In this document: positions 53,493 to 64,000 of the stretch, in pieces
Position numbering within the stretch: position 1 is the stretch's first letter
Layout of the letters: each line of letters starts with the position of its first letter
Translations under genes and position numbers: made by a program
Notes under the pieces: generated by a model
Told to the model about the DNA's origin: nothing
The model's input: the letters and a program-made list of their open reading frames with translations, nothing else
The model's database searches: none
Origin: an uncultured Rikenellaceae bacterium
GTDB taxonomy: Bacteria > Bacteroidota > Bacteroidia > Bacteroidales > Rikenellaceae
Length of the DNA: 64,000 nucleotides
Assembly (NCBI GenBank): GCA_964371385.1
Contig: CAYJLY010000001.1
Location: forward strand, 8,488-72,487
Direction of reading: 5' to 3'

Positions 53493-54593
53493 ATGAAAAA
53501 ACTAATCCTACTACTTACAATTGCAGCCTTTGGCTTCAATTCTCAAGCTCAAGACCAAACCAAATGGTACAACCCTGCCCAAGTGAACATGCACGTGGTG
53601 GAGGGTTTGGCTCTCTCAAACGAGGGTCGCTCTAGCCTCTACCAGCGCCTTCCCGATGAATACGAAGCTAAAACCCGTAAGGAGCTATGGAATCTATCGG
53701 TAAATTCCGCTGGCCTTACTATTGGGTTTAACACCAACGCTACCTCTATCACCATTCGCTACAAAGTGAGCGAGGCTCTAGCCTTTCACCACATGTCAAT
53801 GACGGGCAAGAGCGGGGTGGATCTATATCGCTATGACAACGAAGGAGACGAACAATGGTGTGCCGCGAAGATGAACTTCTCTAGCGAGCAAATTACCTAT
53901 ACTTACAGTCCTCTTATTGGCAATGGCGAGAGTTTTCGCTATGAACTATACCTTCCTGTGTACAATACAGTTGAATACCTAGAAGTTGGCGTTAACGAGG
54001 GTGCAGAATTTGAGTTTGAACCACGCAGTGACGAACCATCTATTATTGTCTATGGCACTTCGATTACCCATGGTGCTTGCGTCTCGCGCCCAGGAATGGC
54101 TTGGCCTGCAATACTCCACCGCACTCTCGATGAACCTTTCATTAACCTAGGTTTTTCGGGCAACGGGCGATTGGAAACTCCGATTTTGGAGGCTATCAAA
54201 GCAACACCAGCCAAGGCGGTAATACTTGATTGTATGCCAAATTTGTGTTACCGTTCGGTTGAAGAGATTGATTCGTTGGTTGTTAATGCAGTAAAAGAGA
54301 TTCGCACTGCTCATCCCGAAATTCCAATTATCATTGCTGACCATTTGGGCTACCCACACAGCGATGCTATTGAGGGCTACAAAAAGCCACTAGAGAATAG
54401 TCGCAAAGGACAGGTATCAGCAATCGAGAAACTTAAGAAAATGGGCTACAAGAACCTGCACTTCTTGAGTAGCGAAGATATAGCCCTACCTCCAGATGCA
54501 ACCGTTGAGGCTATCCATCCTAGCGATTGGGGCATGGCTGCATATGCCAAGTCATACGGCAAGCTATTAAAGAAAGTACTACCAAAGAAATAA
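53493..54593 (+). CDS. SGNH/GDSL-type hydrolase (carbohydrate esterase-like) with an N-terminal beta-sandwich domain
   Basis: 366 aa with a signal peptide, an N-terminal GxDLY-type domain (GKSGVDLYRYD) and an SGNH block I (IIVYGTSITHGACVSRPG). It starts 4 nt after the GH3 stop. Confidence 0.8.
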   Translation: MKKLILLLTIAAFGFNSQAQDQTKWYNPAQVNMHVVEGLALSNEGRSSLYQRLPDEYEAKTRKELWNLSVNSAGLTIGFNTNATSITIRYKVSEALAFHHMSMTGKSGVDLYRYDNEGDEQWCAAKMNFSSEQITYTYSPLIGNGESFRYELYLPVYNTVEYLEVGVNEGAEFEFEPRSDEPSIIVYGTSITHGACVSRPGMAWPAILHRTLDEPFINLGFSGNGRLETPILEAIKATPAKAVILDCMPNLCYRSVEEIDSLVVNAVKEIRTAHPEIPIIIADHLGYPHSDAIEGYKKPLENSRKGQVSAIEKLKKMGYKNLHFLSSEDIALPPDATVEAIHPSDWGMAAYAKSYGKLLKKVLPKK

Positions 54594-54629
54594 GTAAGAA
54601 GAGGGGAAAGAGAACCTCACACCCTTAAA

Positions 54630-55598
54630 CTAAAAATGGGTAAAACCACGATAGTCTTTTGACGATTCAGGCAGCCAGCATATAAAGTGTTGGCTGTCTT
54701 TTTTTGTGGCACAACACTCCACTATCTCTCCAATCTCATAAACAGAGAAATCAAACTGGGGCAAAGGTTCGCTCGAGGTGAAAAGCAAACAATAATCCTC
54801 CCCTGCTTCAAGGGCAAAACGCAGAGGATCTATATTCTTTGCATGGCAATAGTTCAACAAATTATCGCTCATGGGAATACGCCTTGTATCGATATGTGCC
54901 GAGCACTTCGATGCCTTTAAGATGTGCCTGAGATCTGATGCCAGACCATCCGAAATATCCATCATCGCCCCCACCTGTGACAAAGCTCCAAGTGCACTGC
55001 CCTGAGACATATGTGCACGGGGATTATGGTGTGCGAGAATCAAATCATTGGCAAGCATAGAATTATCGCCCTCGAGCAATGCATGTAGCCCCGCTCCACT
55101 ATCGCCAAGGGGTGAGGTAACATATATTTTGTCGCCCACGCGCGCGCCACTGCGAAGTTTCAAGTGTTCTTTGTTCACCAAGCCCAAAACAGTGATTGAG
55201 ACAGTAAAAGCTCCTTTAGATGAAGTGGTATCGCCCCCAAGCATCATTACATTTGCACTACGCACGCCCCTAATAAATTCTCTCAAATATTCATCACTCA
55301 CACCCTCAGGAACAGCCACAGAAAGTGTCATTCCCAACACTTTAGCACCCATGGCAGCTATATCACTAAGGTTTACTGCCACTGATTTTGCCCCCAATTC
55401 AAAAGGTGAAATCCTATCGCGCAAAAAATGCACGCCCTCTACCAACATATCGGTACTGATGACCATCGACTGTAAGTCGTTGTAGGGTAAAACAGCACAA
55501 TCGTCACCTATGGTCAAAAAGTTGTTGGGGGCTAAATCTGCGAAATTTGTTTTGATATGCTCGATAAGGGAAAACTCACTAAAAGTAGGCATTTTCAT
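54630..55598 (-). CDS. thiL: Thiamine-monophosphate kinase
   Basis: The start is most plausibly the ATG at 55598 (MKMPTFSEFSLIEHIK), not 55646. AIR-synthase-related fold motifs are present: IGDDCAV, STDMLVEGVHF, DLSDIAAMG and GGDTTSS. Confidence 0.85.
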   Translation of the reverse strand: MKMPTFSEFSLIEHIKTNFADLAPNNFLTIGDDCAVLPYNDLQSMVISTDMLVEGVHFLRDRISPFELGAKSVAVNLSDIAAMGAKVLGMTLSVAVPEGVSDEYLREFIRGVRSANVMMLGGDTTSSKGAFTVSITVLGLVNKEHLKLRSGARVGDKIYVTSPLGDSGAGLHALLEGDNSMLANDLILAHHNPRAHMSQGSALGALSQVGAMMDISDGLASDLRHILKASKCSAHIDTRRIPMSDNLLNYCHAKNIDPLRFALEAGEDYCLLFTSSEPLPQFDFSVYEIGEIVECCATKKDSQHFICWLPESSKDYRGFTHF

Positions 55599-55628
55599 AA
55601 TTTTTTTTGTAAAGATAATTAAAATTTG

Positions 55629-55636
55629 TAAATTTG
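55629..55636 (+). promoter_or_regulatory. Candidate -7 box for nagB
   Basis: taaatttg ends 31 nt before the nagB ATG. Confidence 0.45.
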
Positions 55637-55667
55637 CCATAACCATTTAAATATACTAAAAACTACT

Positions 55668-57629
55668 ATGTCTAACTACAAGTTGCAAAACAAAGCAGGA
55701 CTTATACCTGATGCTGAGCCGCTAGATATTATTAGCCGCTTTGAGCGAATCCCCACAACCATTGTCGATACTGCGCAAGAGGGCTGCCGAGAGGTGGCAC
55801 AAAAAATTGCCAAGAAAATTCGCCTAAAAAACGAGCAATCAAAAAAATGTGTTCTTGGTTTCTCTTCAGGAAAAACAACTGTTGGGGTTTACCGCGAGTT
55901 AGTTCGCCTATATAAAGAAGAGGGACTATCTTTTGAGAATGTAGTAATCTTCACAGTTTTCGAATACTACCCTATCGATCCAGCACATAACCAAAGCTAC
56001 AACCATATCTTGTTTGACGAGTTGCTCTCTCAGGTAAATATAAAACAAGAAAACATCCACACCTTCGACTCTCAAGTTGAGGTAAGCGCTCTAAGCGAGT
56101 ATTGCAAGGCCTACGAAGAGAAAATCAATAACGAGGGAGGCTTTGATGTTGTCCTTCTTGGTATGGGTGTAAAAGGTCAAATTGCCCTTAATGAGGCGGG
56201 CAGCTACCCTACCACCCGCACACGTGCAGTGGCTCTGAGCAATTTCTCGCGCAAGATTGCCGCTATGGCTTTCCAAGGGTTTGAGAATGTACCCACACGT
56301 GCACTTACCATAGGTATCGCAACAATTATGGATGCAAAAGAAGTCATCCTACTGGCTTGGGGCGAGGAAAAAGCTGGCTCGCTGTGCAAAGTTATCGAAG
56401 GCGATAAAGACCTTAACTACCCTTCGTCTTACTTCCAAAACCACCCTAAAGTACGCATGTTTGTTGACGAGGGAGCTGCTTCGAAACTCACCCGAGTGAA
56501 CACCCCTTGGATAGTGGGAAGCTGCAACTGGGACGAAAGATTTGTTCGCAAGGCAGTGCTTTGGTTGTGCCAAAAAGTTGGTAAACCTATCTTGAAACTA
56601 ACCTACCAAGACTACCTGAACAATTCACTAGGACAATTGATCGATGCCGCTGGCGAAAGCTACGATAAAATCAACATACGCGTATTCAACGACCTGCAAC
56701 ACACAATCTCAGGTTGGCCAGGGGGTAAGCCTAATGCGGACGATACAACTCGCCCTGTGAAATCTACTCCTTTCCCTAAGAAAGTTGTGTTGTTCTCGCC
56801 CCACCCCGATGATGATGTGATCTCTATGGGCGGTACTTTCCTTCGTTTGGTAGACCAAGGCCACGATGTGCATGTGGGTTATCAGGTATCAGGAAATATT
56901 GCAGTGCATGATGATGTGGTGCTACAACTATTGGATTCAGCTCGTGAGTGCGGCTTGGAGGACAAATACCAAGAACTAAAGGCGATCATTAGCAACAAAG
57001 TTCTAGGTGAGCCAGAGCCACAGATTATCCGACAATACAAAGGCTCTATCCGTCGTGGCGAGGCTAAGGCGGCTTGTCGCCACTTTGGTTTGAACGATGC
57101 CACCAATGTTCATTTCTTGAACTTGCCTTTCTATGAGACTGGCTCGGTGAAAAAAGGAGAAGTAGAGCAAGTAGATATTGATATTATCAAGGCGTTCCTT
57201 CGTGAGCAGCAGCCAAATCAGATTTACGCTGCTGGCGACCTATCTGATCCTCACGGAACCCACCGTGTTTGTATCGAGGCTATCCTATCGGCTCTAGAAC
57301 AAATTATTGCAGAGGGCAAAGACGCTTGGATCAACGAGGTAACCCTATGGTTGTATCGTGGAGCATGGCAAGAGTGGGATTTGGATATGGTTGATATGGC
57401 TGTACCTCTATCGCCCGATGAGGTGATCAAGAAGCGCCACGCAATCTACCGCCACCTATCTCAAAAGGACATCGTTCCTTTCCCAGGCGAGGACAAACGC
57501 GAGTTCTGGCAACGTGCCGAGGATCGCACCCAAGCTACTGCCGAGCTTTACAATGCGCTAGGTATGGCAGAATATGAAGCTATCGAGGTGTTCGTAAAAT
57601 ACGACATCTTCAATATGAGCAAACTCTAG
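55668..57629 (+). CDS. nagB: Long-form glucosamine-6-phosphate deaminase fused to a PIG-L/LmbE-type deacetylase domain
   Basis: 653 aa. The N-terminal ~260 aa form a NagB/6-phosphogluconolactonase-type fold (VLGFSSGKTTVGVY, VLLGMGVKGQIALNEAG). The C-terminal ~280 aa carry the LmbE signature VVLFSPHPDDDVISMGG. Confidence 0.85.
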   Translation: MSNYKLQNKAGLIPDAEPLDIISRFERIPTTIVDTAQEGCREVAQKIAKKIRLKNEQSKKCVLGFSSGKTTVGVYRELVRLYKEEGLSFENVVIFTVFEYYPIDPAHNQSYNHILFDELLSQVNIKQENIHTFDSQVEVSALSEYCKAYEEKINNEGGFDVVLLGMGVKGQIALNEAGSYPTTRTRAVALSNFSRKIAAMAFQGFENVPTRALTIGIATIMDAKEVILLAWGEEKAGSLCKVIEGDKDLNYPSSYFQNHPKVRMFVDEGAASKLTRVNTPWIVGSCNWDERFVRKAVLWLCQKVGKPILKLTYQDYLNNSLGQLIDAAGESYDKINIRVFNDLQHTISGWPGGKPNADDTTRPVKSTPFPKKVVLFSPHPDDDVISMGGTFLRLVDQGHDVHVGYQVSGNIAVHDDVVLQLLDSARECGLEDKYQELKAIISNKVLGEPEPQIIRQYKGSIRRGEAKAACRHFGLNDATNVHFLNLPFYETGSVKKGEVEQVDIDIIKAFLREQQPNQIYAAGDLSDPHGTHRVCIEAILSALEQIIAEGKDAWINEVTLWLYRGAWQEWDLDMVDMAVPLSPDEVIKKRHAIYRHLSQKDIVPFPGEDKREFWQRAEDRTQATAELYNALGMAEYEAIEVFVKYDIFNMSKL

Positions 57630-57650
57630 AAAACTAGAATTGACTAAATA

Positions 57651-57688
57651 AAAAAGCTCTCTCAACATCGGTTGAGAGAGCTTTTTTT
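57651..57688. terminator. Bidirectional rho-independent terminator
   Basis: Stem aaagctctctcaac / gttgagagagcttt with loop atcg and T7 downstream, between convergent nagB and the DUF418-type gene. Confidence 0.85.
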
Positions 57689-57706
57689 GTGTGCAGAGTG
57701 CTTGAA

Positions 57707-58891
57707 TTATCTTTTTGCATCCATCCATGTTAGTTTCTTCCAGAGCCATTCAAAAGGGCCCTGTCTATGAGTGGTGAGCCACCAGCGGCTGAAATAGAGC
57801 TGTAGGATGAAGATCCCTACACCAATGAGCAGACTGAAAGTCGCTCCCGTGTATTTATACAGTCCAAAACCCCACCCCAGGTAGATACCACAACCGATAA
57901 TAGATTGGACTATGTAGTTAGTAAGGCTCATACGCCCGAAGGGGATAATAAAACGTTGAACCTTATATCCTCGATTATCTTTATGAAACCACAATAGCGC
58001 GAAGCATCCCACCAAAGCCACCATAAAACAGAAGTTCCACAGCGACCCGAAAATAGTGTTATAGGGGGTGAGTATCTTTTCGTTTTCGATTAGCTCAGGC
58101 ACATAATTTTTGAGAATATTCAGCGGGAAAAGCAGCAACAGCACAGCCGTTGTAGTCACAACTATCCAAAATCTCACTGACCTCTCACTCTTAATGAACA
58201 TGCCCAAGCGACCCAACAACATTCCAAAGAGAAACAGCGCAGGAATTTGGAATAGTCGCCCTGCACTCACCTGCCACAGATTGCTATAGAGCTGTCCATC
58301 TGTAATGTTAGAAGCTACAATTTCAGCAAAATTACCATTCTCCATAGCCTCCTTGGCTGGAATTGCATAGTGCATCCAATCAATCGAGGGAGCCGTATAG
58401 CTCGGATCAAGGCTAACGCCCACTATATGCCACCACTCCATTGGTTGAAGCAACATAATAATAGCCGTCACAGCGAGCCATCTATTACTTAGGTAGCTAA
58501 AGGGAATCAACACCAAGCCCATCAAGGCGTACATCAACAGTATATCGCCATTATAAAACAGCGCATGAAACTGCGAGATAGCCAGCAACACCACCATGCG
58601 CCAGGCGAACCTCCATCTAAAAGGCTTACCCTTTTTGATTTGAGAATCAAGCTGAACAAAAAAACTAAATCCAAAAAGCAGCGAGAAGGTAGAGAAAGCT
58701 TTACCAGCCATCATAAACCATGTAGAGTCCCACAATCCCTTGTCCAGCACATTGAGCCACTCAGGAAAACCCTCAGGATTGAAGTAGAGATTGTAGTGCT
58801 CTAGGTTATGCAGTAGAATAATTGCTAGAAGTGCAAAGCCGCGCAAAGCATCGACCAAATCAATGCGATTAGTTGTAAGAGGTGAATTCAT
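57707..58891 (-). CDS. DUF418/YeiB-like polytopic membrane protein
   Basis: 394 aa. The N-terminus RIDLVDALRGFALLAIILLHNLEH is typical of the YeiB/DUF418 family as I recall it, with about 9-10 TM segments. Confidence 0.7.
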   Translation of the reverse strand: MNSPLTTNRIDLVDALRGFALLAIILLHNLEHYNLYFNPEGFPEWLNVLDKGLWDSTWFMMAGKAFSTFSLLFGFSFFVQLDSQIKKGKPFRWRFAWRMVVLLAISQFHALFYNGDILLMYALMGLVLIPFSYLSNRWLAVTAIIMLLQPMEWWHIVGVSLDPSYTAPSIDWMHYAIPAKEAMENGNFAEIVASNITDGQLYSNLWQVSAGRLFQIPALFLFGMLLGRLGMFIKSERSVRFWIVVTTTAVLLLLFPLNILKNYVPELIENEKILTPYNTIFGSLWNFCFMVALVGCFALLWFHKDNRGYKVQRFIIPFGRMSLTNYIVQSIIGCGIYLGWGFGLYKYTGATFSLLIGVGIFILQLYFSRWWLTTHRQGPFEWLWKKLTWMDAKR

Positions 58892-58943
58892 AAAGCAAAT
58901 TAGTATTACAAATAATTAATATTTAACCACCGTAGGCATACAA

Positions 58944-58987
58944 AAAAGCCAGACTTTGACAGTGTTCATCGAGTCTGGCTTTTTTTA
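58944..58987 (-). terminator. Rho-independent terminator after the gyrA-TPR unit
   Basis: Stem gccagact / agtctggc with flanking A6/T7 runs. Confidence 0.7.
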
Positions 58988-59017
58988 TAGTTTACTGTTA
59001 TTTTCAGCTAAATAAGC

Positions 59018-60319
59018 TTATTGAGCGTTAGCGAGACCCTCGAAGTACTCGTAGCGAGCCTTAGAACCCTCATCCTCGCGGCGTGGGAAGTAAAGTTGCT
59101 TTAGAACGTCAATTACATCCTTGTTTGCTTTGTCGATCTCGTGAGCTTTCTCTAGTTTTTCGATAGCATCGGTTTGAATAGCTACAATTTCATCCATCTT
59201 AGCCTCATAACCTTTAACATCGTTAAGGTCTAGTGCATCAGCTTGCTTGCGAATCTCTTGCGCCTCTAGGATTTTCATAATGGCATAGTTGTAGTATGCG
59301 CTGAAGAAATTAGGATCAATATCGTTCATAATTTTCTCTAGCACAACATAGGCTTTTGCGTTGTCGCCCATCTCTGCATAGATTGAGCTTTCCACCATGT
59401 ATAGAGTAGTGTTCTTTGGAGATAGTTCTTGAGCCTTTTGAACCAAAGTCACAATCTGTGATGGATCTTTCTTAGCTGCCATATAGGCATTGATCAAAGT
59501 TCCCATAATAGTTTCATCAGCTGGATATTTGTTAAATCCATCCTCCAATACGGTGATTGCTTTATCAGTGTTACCCTCCTTGATGTAACTCTCGGCTAGG
59601 TAGTAGTAAAGCTGACCATCTTGGTCGCTACCTGCGTTAAGCACTTTTTCCAATGCTGGAACTGCCGCTGCAAAGTCTTGCCCCTCGAAGTAAGCGATAC
59701 CTGCATAGTAAAGATAAAGAGTATCAAATGTGCCTGTTAGTTCGCCCACTTCGAATGATTTTTCGAACAATTCACCAGCTTTGTCACCCTCGCCCATGTT
59801 ATAGAAAGCCATACCGTCTGCTTGGTAGGCCGCCACTAGACGTGATGCAGCAACCGAGCCTTTACCTGTGCCCTCAAATTCTTTTGATGATAGAGAATGT
59901 GCTTTCTCTAGCGATTCGAATGCTTTAGTTAGAGCGCCTTCAACTGGAGCTTCTTTAACCATCCAGAACGAAATAGTATTTTGCTCAGGGTTTGTGTACA
60001 CATCAAACTCAGGGTAGCTGTGTTGCATATATGTAACACCCTTGTACTCCACTTCGTTTGATGAACTAGGAGCACCGATTGTTTCTTGGATTTGAGTTAG
60101 ACCAAAACCAGGTATAAGATTCTTGGTATAGGCATTTGCCATATCAATGAAGATATCGGCACGCTCGATCCAAGGCGCTGCAGTTGATGCTTTTTTAGCG
60201 TCTGCAATGCTTGCATCATTTTTCACTAGAGCTTTTTGCAATTTCTCTACATCTTTGTTTTGAGCAAAGGAAACAGTTAGCGTTGATAGGGCTACTGCTG
60301 AAAGAATTAGTTTTTTCAT
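59018..60319 (-). CDS. Secreted tetratricopeptide-repeat (TPR) protein
   Basis: 433 aa with a signal peptide (LTVSFAQ) and repeated TPR-like A/Y/F patterns (YYAGIAYFEGQDFAAAVPALEKVL, YYYLAESYIKEGNTDKAITVLE). It starts 26 nt after the gyrA stop. Confidence 0.75.
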   Translation of the reverse strand: MKKLILSAVALSTLTVSFAQNKDVEKLQKALVKNDASIADAKKASTAAPWIERADIFIDMANAYTKNLIPGFGLTQIQETIGAPSSSNEVEYKGVTYMQHSYPEFDVYTNPEQNTISFWMVKEAPVEGALTKAFESLEKAHSLSSKEFEGTGKGSVAASRLVAAYQADGMAFYNMGEGDKAGELFEKSFEVGELTGTFDTLYLYYAGIAYFEGQDFAAAVPALEKVLNAGSDQDGQLYYYLAESYIKEGNTDKAITVLEDGFNKYPADETIMGTLINAYMAAKKDPSQIVTLVQKAQELSPKNTTLYMVESSIYAEMGDNAKAYVVLEKIMNDIDPNFFSAYYNYAIMKILEAQEIRKQADALDLNDVKGYEAKMDEIVAIQTDAIEKLEKAHEIDKANKDVIDVLKQLYFPRREDEGSKARYEYFEGLANAQ

Positions 60320-60345
60320 AGTTGTATGATTTTGTTTTGAGATTA

Positions 60346-62925
60346 TTATTCTTGTGTTTGTATTGTGTTAACTGTTGTTTCGTCTGCAGCTACTTCTGTT
60401 GCTGCTCCCTCGGCTGTCACACCCTCTGGTGTTGTGCCTTCGGAGGTTTCCTCTTCTTCAGATTTTGGCACTGCCACCACCGACGCAATAGAGTCGTTAC
60501 TACGAAGGTTGATCACCTTTACTCCTTGGGCTGCACGTCCAGTAAGACGAATTTCTTCAACTGGGGTGCGGATAGTGAGTCCCGAGCGGTTGATGATCAT
60601 CAAATCGTTATCATCGGTCACCGTCTGGATAGAAATTAGTTTACCAGTTTTCTCGGTCACTTGGATGGTTTTCACTCCCTTACCACCGCGGCTTTGGGTG
60701 CGATATTCATCGATGTTAGTACGCTTTCCGTAGCCATTTTCCGACACTACTAGAATTTCGCTCTGTTGGTCTGGCTCAACGGTGAGCATGCCCACTAGTT
60801 GATCACCCTCATCAAGAGTCATACCACGAACTCCAGCTGCTGTTCTACCGATTGCACGTACTTTCTCCTCGCTAAAGCGTATAGACTTACCGCCCATAGC
60901 CGCAAGAACTATCTCCGAACGACCCGAAGTCAAGCGAGCCTCAATGAGTTGGTCGCCCTCTTTGATAGTAATCGCATTCACACCATTTGTGCGAGGGCGA
61001 GAGTAGGCCTCTAGCAGAGTTTTCTTGATAATACCATCGCGAGTACACATCACAATATAATTGTTTTGTATATACTCAGTATCATTCAAGCGGTGTACAT
61101 TTATATAAGCACGCACTTTGTCGCTAGGTTCGATAGAGATAACGTTCTGAATCGCACGTCCTTTCGATATTTTATTACCCTCTGGGATTTCATATACTTT
61201 GAGCCAGAAACAACGTCCATTCTCCGTGAAGAATAGCATGGTGTTGTGCATAGTTGTCACATAGATATGCTCAATGAAGTCCGCATCGCGAGTTGCCGAA
61301 CCCTTAGAGCCCACACCTCCGCGGCTTTGAGTGCGATATTCACTCAAGAGCGTGCGTTTAATGTAGCCTAGGTGAGAGATAGTAATAACTACCTCGTCAT
61401 TGGCATAGAAATCCTCTGGGTTAAACTCGCCAGCCGAGAATTCTATATCACTGCGACGCTCATCGCCATATTTTGCTTTCACCTCCAACAACTCATCTTT
61501 GATAAGCTGCATTTGCATCTCAACGTTAGCGAGAAGTTCATTGAAGTGGTTAATTTGTCGCATCAACTCGTCATACTCCGCCTGCAGTTTATCACGCTCT
61601 AGTCCTGTTAGGGCTCTCAAACGCATGTCGACAATAGCCTGAGCCTGCACCTCTGAGAGTTCAAAGCGAGAAATCAGGTTCTGCTTGGCTTGATCGGGAG
61701 TCGAGGCTGCACGAATAATCTTGATTACCTCGTCAATATTATCCTGTGCAATCAAAAGACCCTGAAGGATATGTGCACGCTTTTGAGCTTGCTCCAAATC
61801 ATAGCGAGTGCGACGCAAAATCACATCGTGACGGTGCTTAACGAAGTATTTAATAATCTGCTTTAGATTCAACGGGCGAGGACGACCATCGACCAAAGCA
61901 ATATTATTCACCGAGAACGCTGTCTGTAGAGGTGTATATTTATATAGGTTATTCAGAACCACCGAGGCAACAGCATCGGTCTTTAGGATCATCACTATAC
62001 GCATACCATTACGATCCGACTCGTCGTTGATATAAGAAATACCCTCCAACTTCTTGTCGTTGATCATATCGGCGATCTTTTTGATCATCTCAGCCTTATT
62101 GACCTGATAGGGGATCTCGGTCACAACAATACACGAACGACCCGTAGCGGTAGTCTCAACATCCACCTTCGAACGCATCACAACTCGGCCACGACCCGTG
62201 CGATAAGCCTCCTTTACACCCTCATAGCCGTAGATAATACCACCAGTTGGGAAATCGGGTGCTTTAATAATAGGTATCAGTTCGTCCACCTCTATCTCAG
62301 GATTGTCAATATAGGCACACGTAGCGTCAATAGTATCCGATAGGTTGTGGGGCGGCATATTGGTTGCCATACCCACCGCAATACCCGAGGCACCATTCAC
62401 TAGAAGCAATGGTATCTTGGTAGGAAGAACCGTTGGCTCTAGGGTGGTATCGTCAAAATTCAGGGTCATATCCACTGTATCCTTGTCGATATCTGCCATA
62501 ACCTCGTCGGTTATTTTCTGCATTCTTGCCTCCGTGTAACGCATTGCCGCTGGCGAGTCGCCGTCCACCGAACCAAAGTTACCCTGTCCATCCACAAGTG
62601 GGTAGCGCAAAGACCAACGCTGCGCCATACGCACCATTGCATCATACACAGAACTATCACCATGGGGGTGGAACTTACCTAGCACGTCTCCGACGATACG
62701 AGCCGATTTCTTATAGGGCTTGGTTGAATAAAGAGAAAGCTCGTTACTCATACCATATAGAACACGCCTGTGAACTGGCTTCAAACCATCACGCACATCT
62801 GGCAGGGCACGCGAAACGATAACCGACATCGAATAATCGATATAGGCAGTCTTCATCTCCTGCTCAATATTTACTTTGAGAATCTTCTCTGATCCTCCTT
62901 CTAGTTGTTCAAAATTATCACTCAT
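60346..62925 (-). CDS. gyrA: DNA gyrase subunit A
   Basis: About 859 aa from the ATG at 62925; the track's first codon is a TTG at 62928. It has the catalytic-tyrosine motif [10 protein letters not shown], a QRDR-type segment ([12 protein letters not shown]), a beta-pinwheel C-terminal domain and an acidic tail. Confidence 0.95.
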   Translation of the reverse strand: MSDNFEQLEGGSEKILKVNIEQEMKTAYIDYSMSVIVSRALPDVRDGLKPVHRRVLYGMSNELSLYSTKPYKKSARIVGDVLGKFHPHGDSSVYDAMVRMAQRWSLRYPLVDGQGNFGSVDGDSPAAMRYTEARMQKITDEVMADIDKDTVDMTLNFDDTTLEPTVLPTKIPLLLVNGASGIAVGMATNMPPHNLSDTIDATCAYIDNPEIEVDELIPIIKAPDFPTGGIIYGYEGVKEAYRTGRGRVVMRSKVDVETTATGRSCIVVTEIPYQVNKAEMIKKIADMINDKKLEGISYINDESDRNGMRIVMILKTDAVASVVLNNLYKYTPLQTAFSVNNIALVDGRPRPLNLKQIIKYFVKHRHDVILRRTRYDLEQAQKRAHILQGLLIAQDNIDEVIKIIRAASTPDQAKQNLISRFELSEVQAQAIVDMRLRALTGLERDKLQAEYDELMRQINHFNELLANVEMQMQLIKDELLEVKAKYGDERRSDIEFSAGEFNPEDFYANDEVVITISHLGYIKRTLLSEYRTQSRGGVGSKGSATRDADFIEHIYVTTMHNTMLFFTENGRCFWLKVYEIPEGNKISKGRAIQNVISIEPSDKVRAYINVHRLNDTEYIQNNYIVMCTRDGIIKKTLLEAYSRPRTNGVNAITIKEGDQLIEARLTSGRSEIVLAAMGGKSIRFSEEKVRAIGRTAAGVRGMTLDEGDQLVGMLTVEPDQQSEILVVSENGYGKRTNIDEYRTQSRGGKGVKTIQVTEKTGKLISIQTVTDDNDLMIINRSGLTIRTPVEEIRLTGRAAQGVKVINLRSNDSIASVVAVPKSEEEETSEGTTPEGVTAEGAATEVAADETTVNTIQTQE

Positions 62926-63011
62926 CAATTTCCGTTAAAAATTTTATACTTTTCAAAGCGTAAAGATACAAATTATTCCCGAATTAACGCCCTTTTCTCA
63001 CTTTTTTTTTA

Positions 63012-63019
63012 TACTTTTG
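63012..63019 (+). promoter_or_regulatory. Candidate -7 box for lysS
   Basis: tacttttg ends 41 nt before the lysS ATG. Confidence 0.45.
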
Positions 63020-63060
63020 CAGCATATTTAGCAATTCATAAGTATATCTGATAAATCATA

Positions 63061-64000
63061 ATGGAACTTCAACAACAACTCTCCGAACAAGAAATAGTAC
63101 GCCGTGGCTCGCTTGATGCTCTTCGCCAACTGGGCATAGATCCCTATCCAGCAGCACTTTTCCCCGTGGACCACTCTATCGCCGACATTCGTGCGCTCTC
63201 GCCCCAAGAGGTCGAAAACAAACCATCTGTGGTAATCGCAGGTCGCATTATGAGCCGTAGGATCATGGGTTCGGCTAGTTTTTATGAGCTTCAAGACCTT
63301 TCTGGTAAGCTGCAGTGCTATATCAAGCGCGATGATGTTTGCCCCCAGGGTGATGCAACTCTCTATAATACGGTGTTTAAAAAACTACTTGACATCGGGG
63401 ATATTATTGGTGTGGAGGGATATGTTTTCACCACCCAAAGTGGCGAGCTATCGGTTCACACTCAAAAATTCACAGTGCTTAGCAAATCGCTCCGCCCACT
63501 GCCCATCGTAAAGGAAAAGGACGGGGTGACCTATGATGCTTTCAGCGATCCCGAGCAAAGGTATCGTATGCGTTATTTGGATTTGATCGTAAATCCCGAG
63601 GTGCGTGACACTTTTATTAAGCGCACAAAAATCATTAGCACGATGCGCGATTTCTTCAACTCAAAGGGATACCTAGAGGTTGAGACTCCTATCCTTCAAC
63701 CAATTCCAGGAGGTGCTGCAGCACGTCCGTTTATCACCCACCACAACACTCTCGATACGCAGCTTTACCTGCGTATTGCCAACGAGCTTTACCTTAAGCG
63801 CCTGATTGTCGGAGGTTTTGAGGGTGTTTATGAGTTTGCTAAGGATTTCCGCAACGAGGGAATGGACCGCACTCACAACCCTGAGTTCACGGTGATGGAG
63901 ATTTATGTCGCATATAAAGACTACCTTTGGATGATGGAATTCACTGAGGAGATGATAGAAAAAGTTGCTCTTGCGCTTCATGGCACCACCAAGGTGACGG
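63061..64000 (+). CDS. lysS: Lysine--tRNA ligase (class II), 3' end cut by the window edge
   Basis: My own translation from the ATG at 63061 is open to the window end. It reads [15 protein letters not shown] ... [19 protein letters not shown] (OB anticodon-binding domain) ... [14 protein letters not shown] ... [20 protein letters not shown] (class II motif 2 region). The ORF is absent from the track because no stop is reached. Confidence 0.95.
   Translation, partial: MELQQQLSEQEIVRRGSLDALRQLGIDPYPAALFPVDHSIADIRALSPQEVENKPSVVIAGRIMSRRIMGSASFYELQDLSGKLQCYIKRDDVCPQGDATLYNTVFKKLLDIGDIIGVEGYVFTTQSGELSVHTQKFTVLSKSLRPLPIVKEKDGVTYDAFSDPEQRYRMRYLDLIVNPEVRDTFIKRTKIISTMRDFFNSKGYLEVETPILQPIPGGAAARPFITHHNTLDTQLYLRIANELYLKRLIVGGFEGVYEFAKDFRNEGMDRTHNPEFTVMEIYVAYKDYLWMMEFTEEMIEKVALALHGTTKVT

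Noticed and set aside
60322-60733. Cys-rich 105-aa and 122-aa plus-strand ORFs opposite the gyrA C-terminal tail.
   Set aside because: They are antisense to the repetitive acidic tail of gyrA, and their low-complexity composition is explained by that.

Overview
This window is a core chromosomal segment of a Bacteroidota genome, most likely Bacteroidales. It holds about 52 protein-coding genes on both strands. I saw no rRNA, tRNA, CRISPR array, transposase, phage gene or other mobile-element signature. The taxonomic call rests on three things. First, gene content: a GH97 SusB-like glucosidase, fused KorA plus KorB, a 653-aa NagB/LmbE fusion, and gyrA followed by a TPR protein. Second, Shine-Dalgarno sequences are almost absent. 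Third, there are more than 20 matches to the Bacteroides sigma-A -7 box TAnnTTTG, 25-150 nt upstream of start codons. Most genes are housekeeping: xerD, galE, cls, korAB, cinA, pyrD, smpB, ychF, metY, hydG, lptB, kdsD, recQ, truA, pckA, folE, frr, glk, gcvP, slyD, pheT, thiL, nagB, gyrA and lysS. Many convergent gene pairs are separated by long, perfect, bidirectional rho-independent hairpins. I did not find a defence island or an obvious new multi-gene machine. The parts not explained by textbook functions are listed here. (1) An ECF sigma/anti-sigma pair surrounded by three diverged LTxxQ (Spy/CpxP-like) periplasmic paralogues. (2) A TetR gene with a 28-bp perfect palindrome covering two divergent promoters, next to a degenerate 5'-nucleotidase-like secreted protein and a CDF transporter. 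(3) A YgbA-like Cys-rich protein co-oriented with two tandem 4-TM paralogues and truA. (4) A class-2-type PyrD with Cys at the catalytic-base position. (5) A 74-nt GC-rich rod-like RNA structure just downstream of cls. (6) About 235 bp of unassigned DNA bracketed by two terminators, containing a C9 tract and a phased 10-bp direct repeat. All functional calls come from reading motifs by eye; no database search was run.
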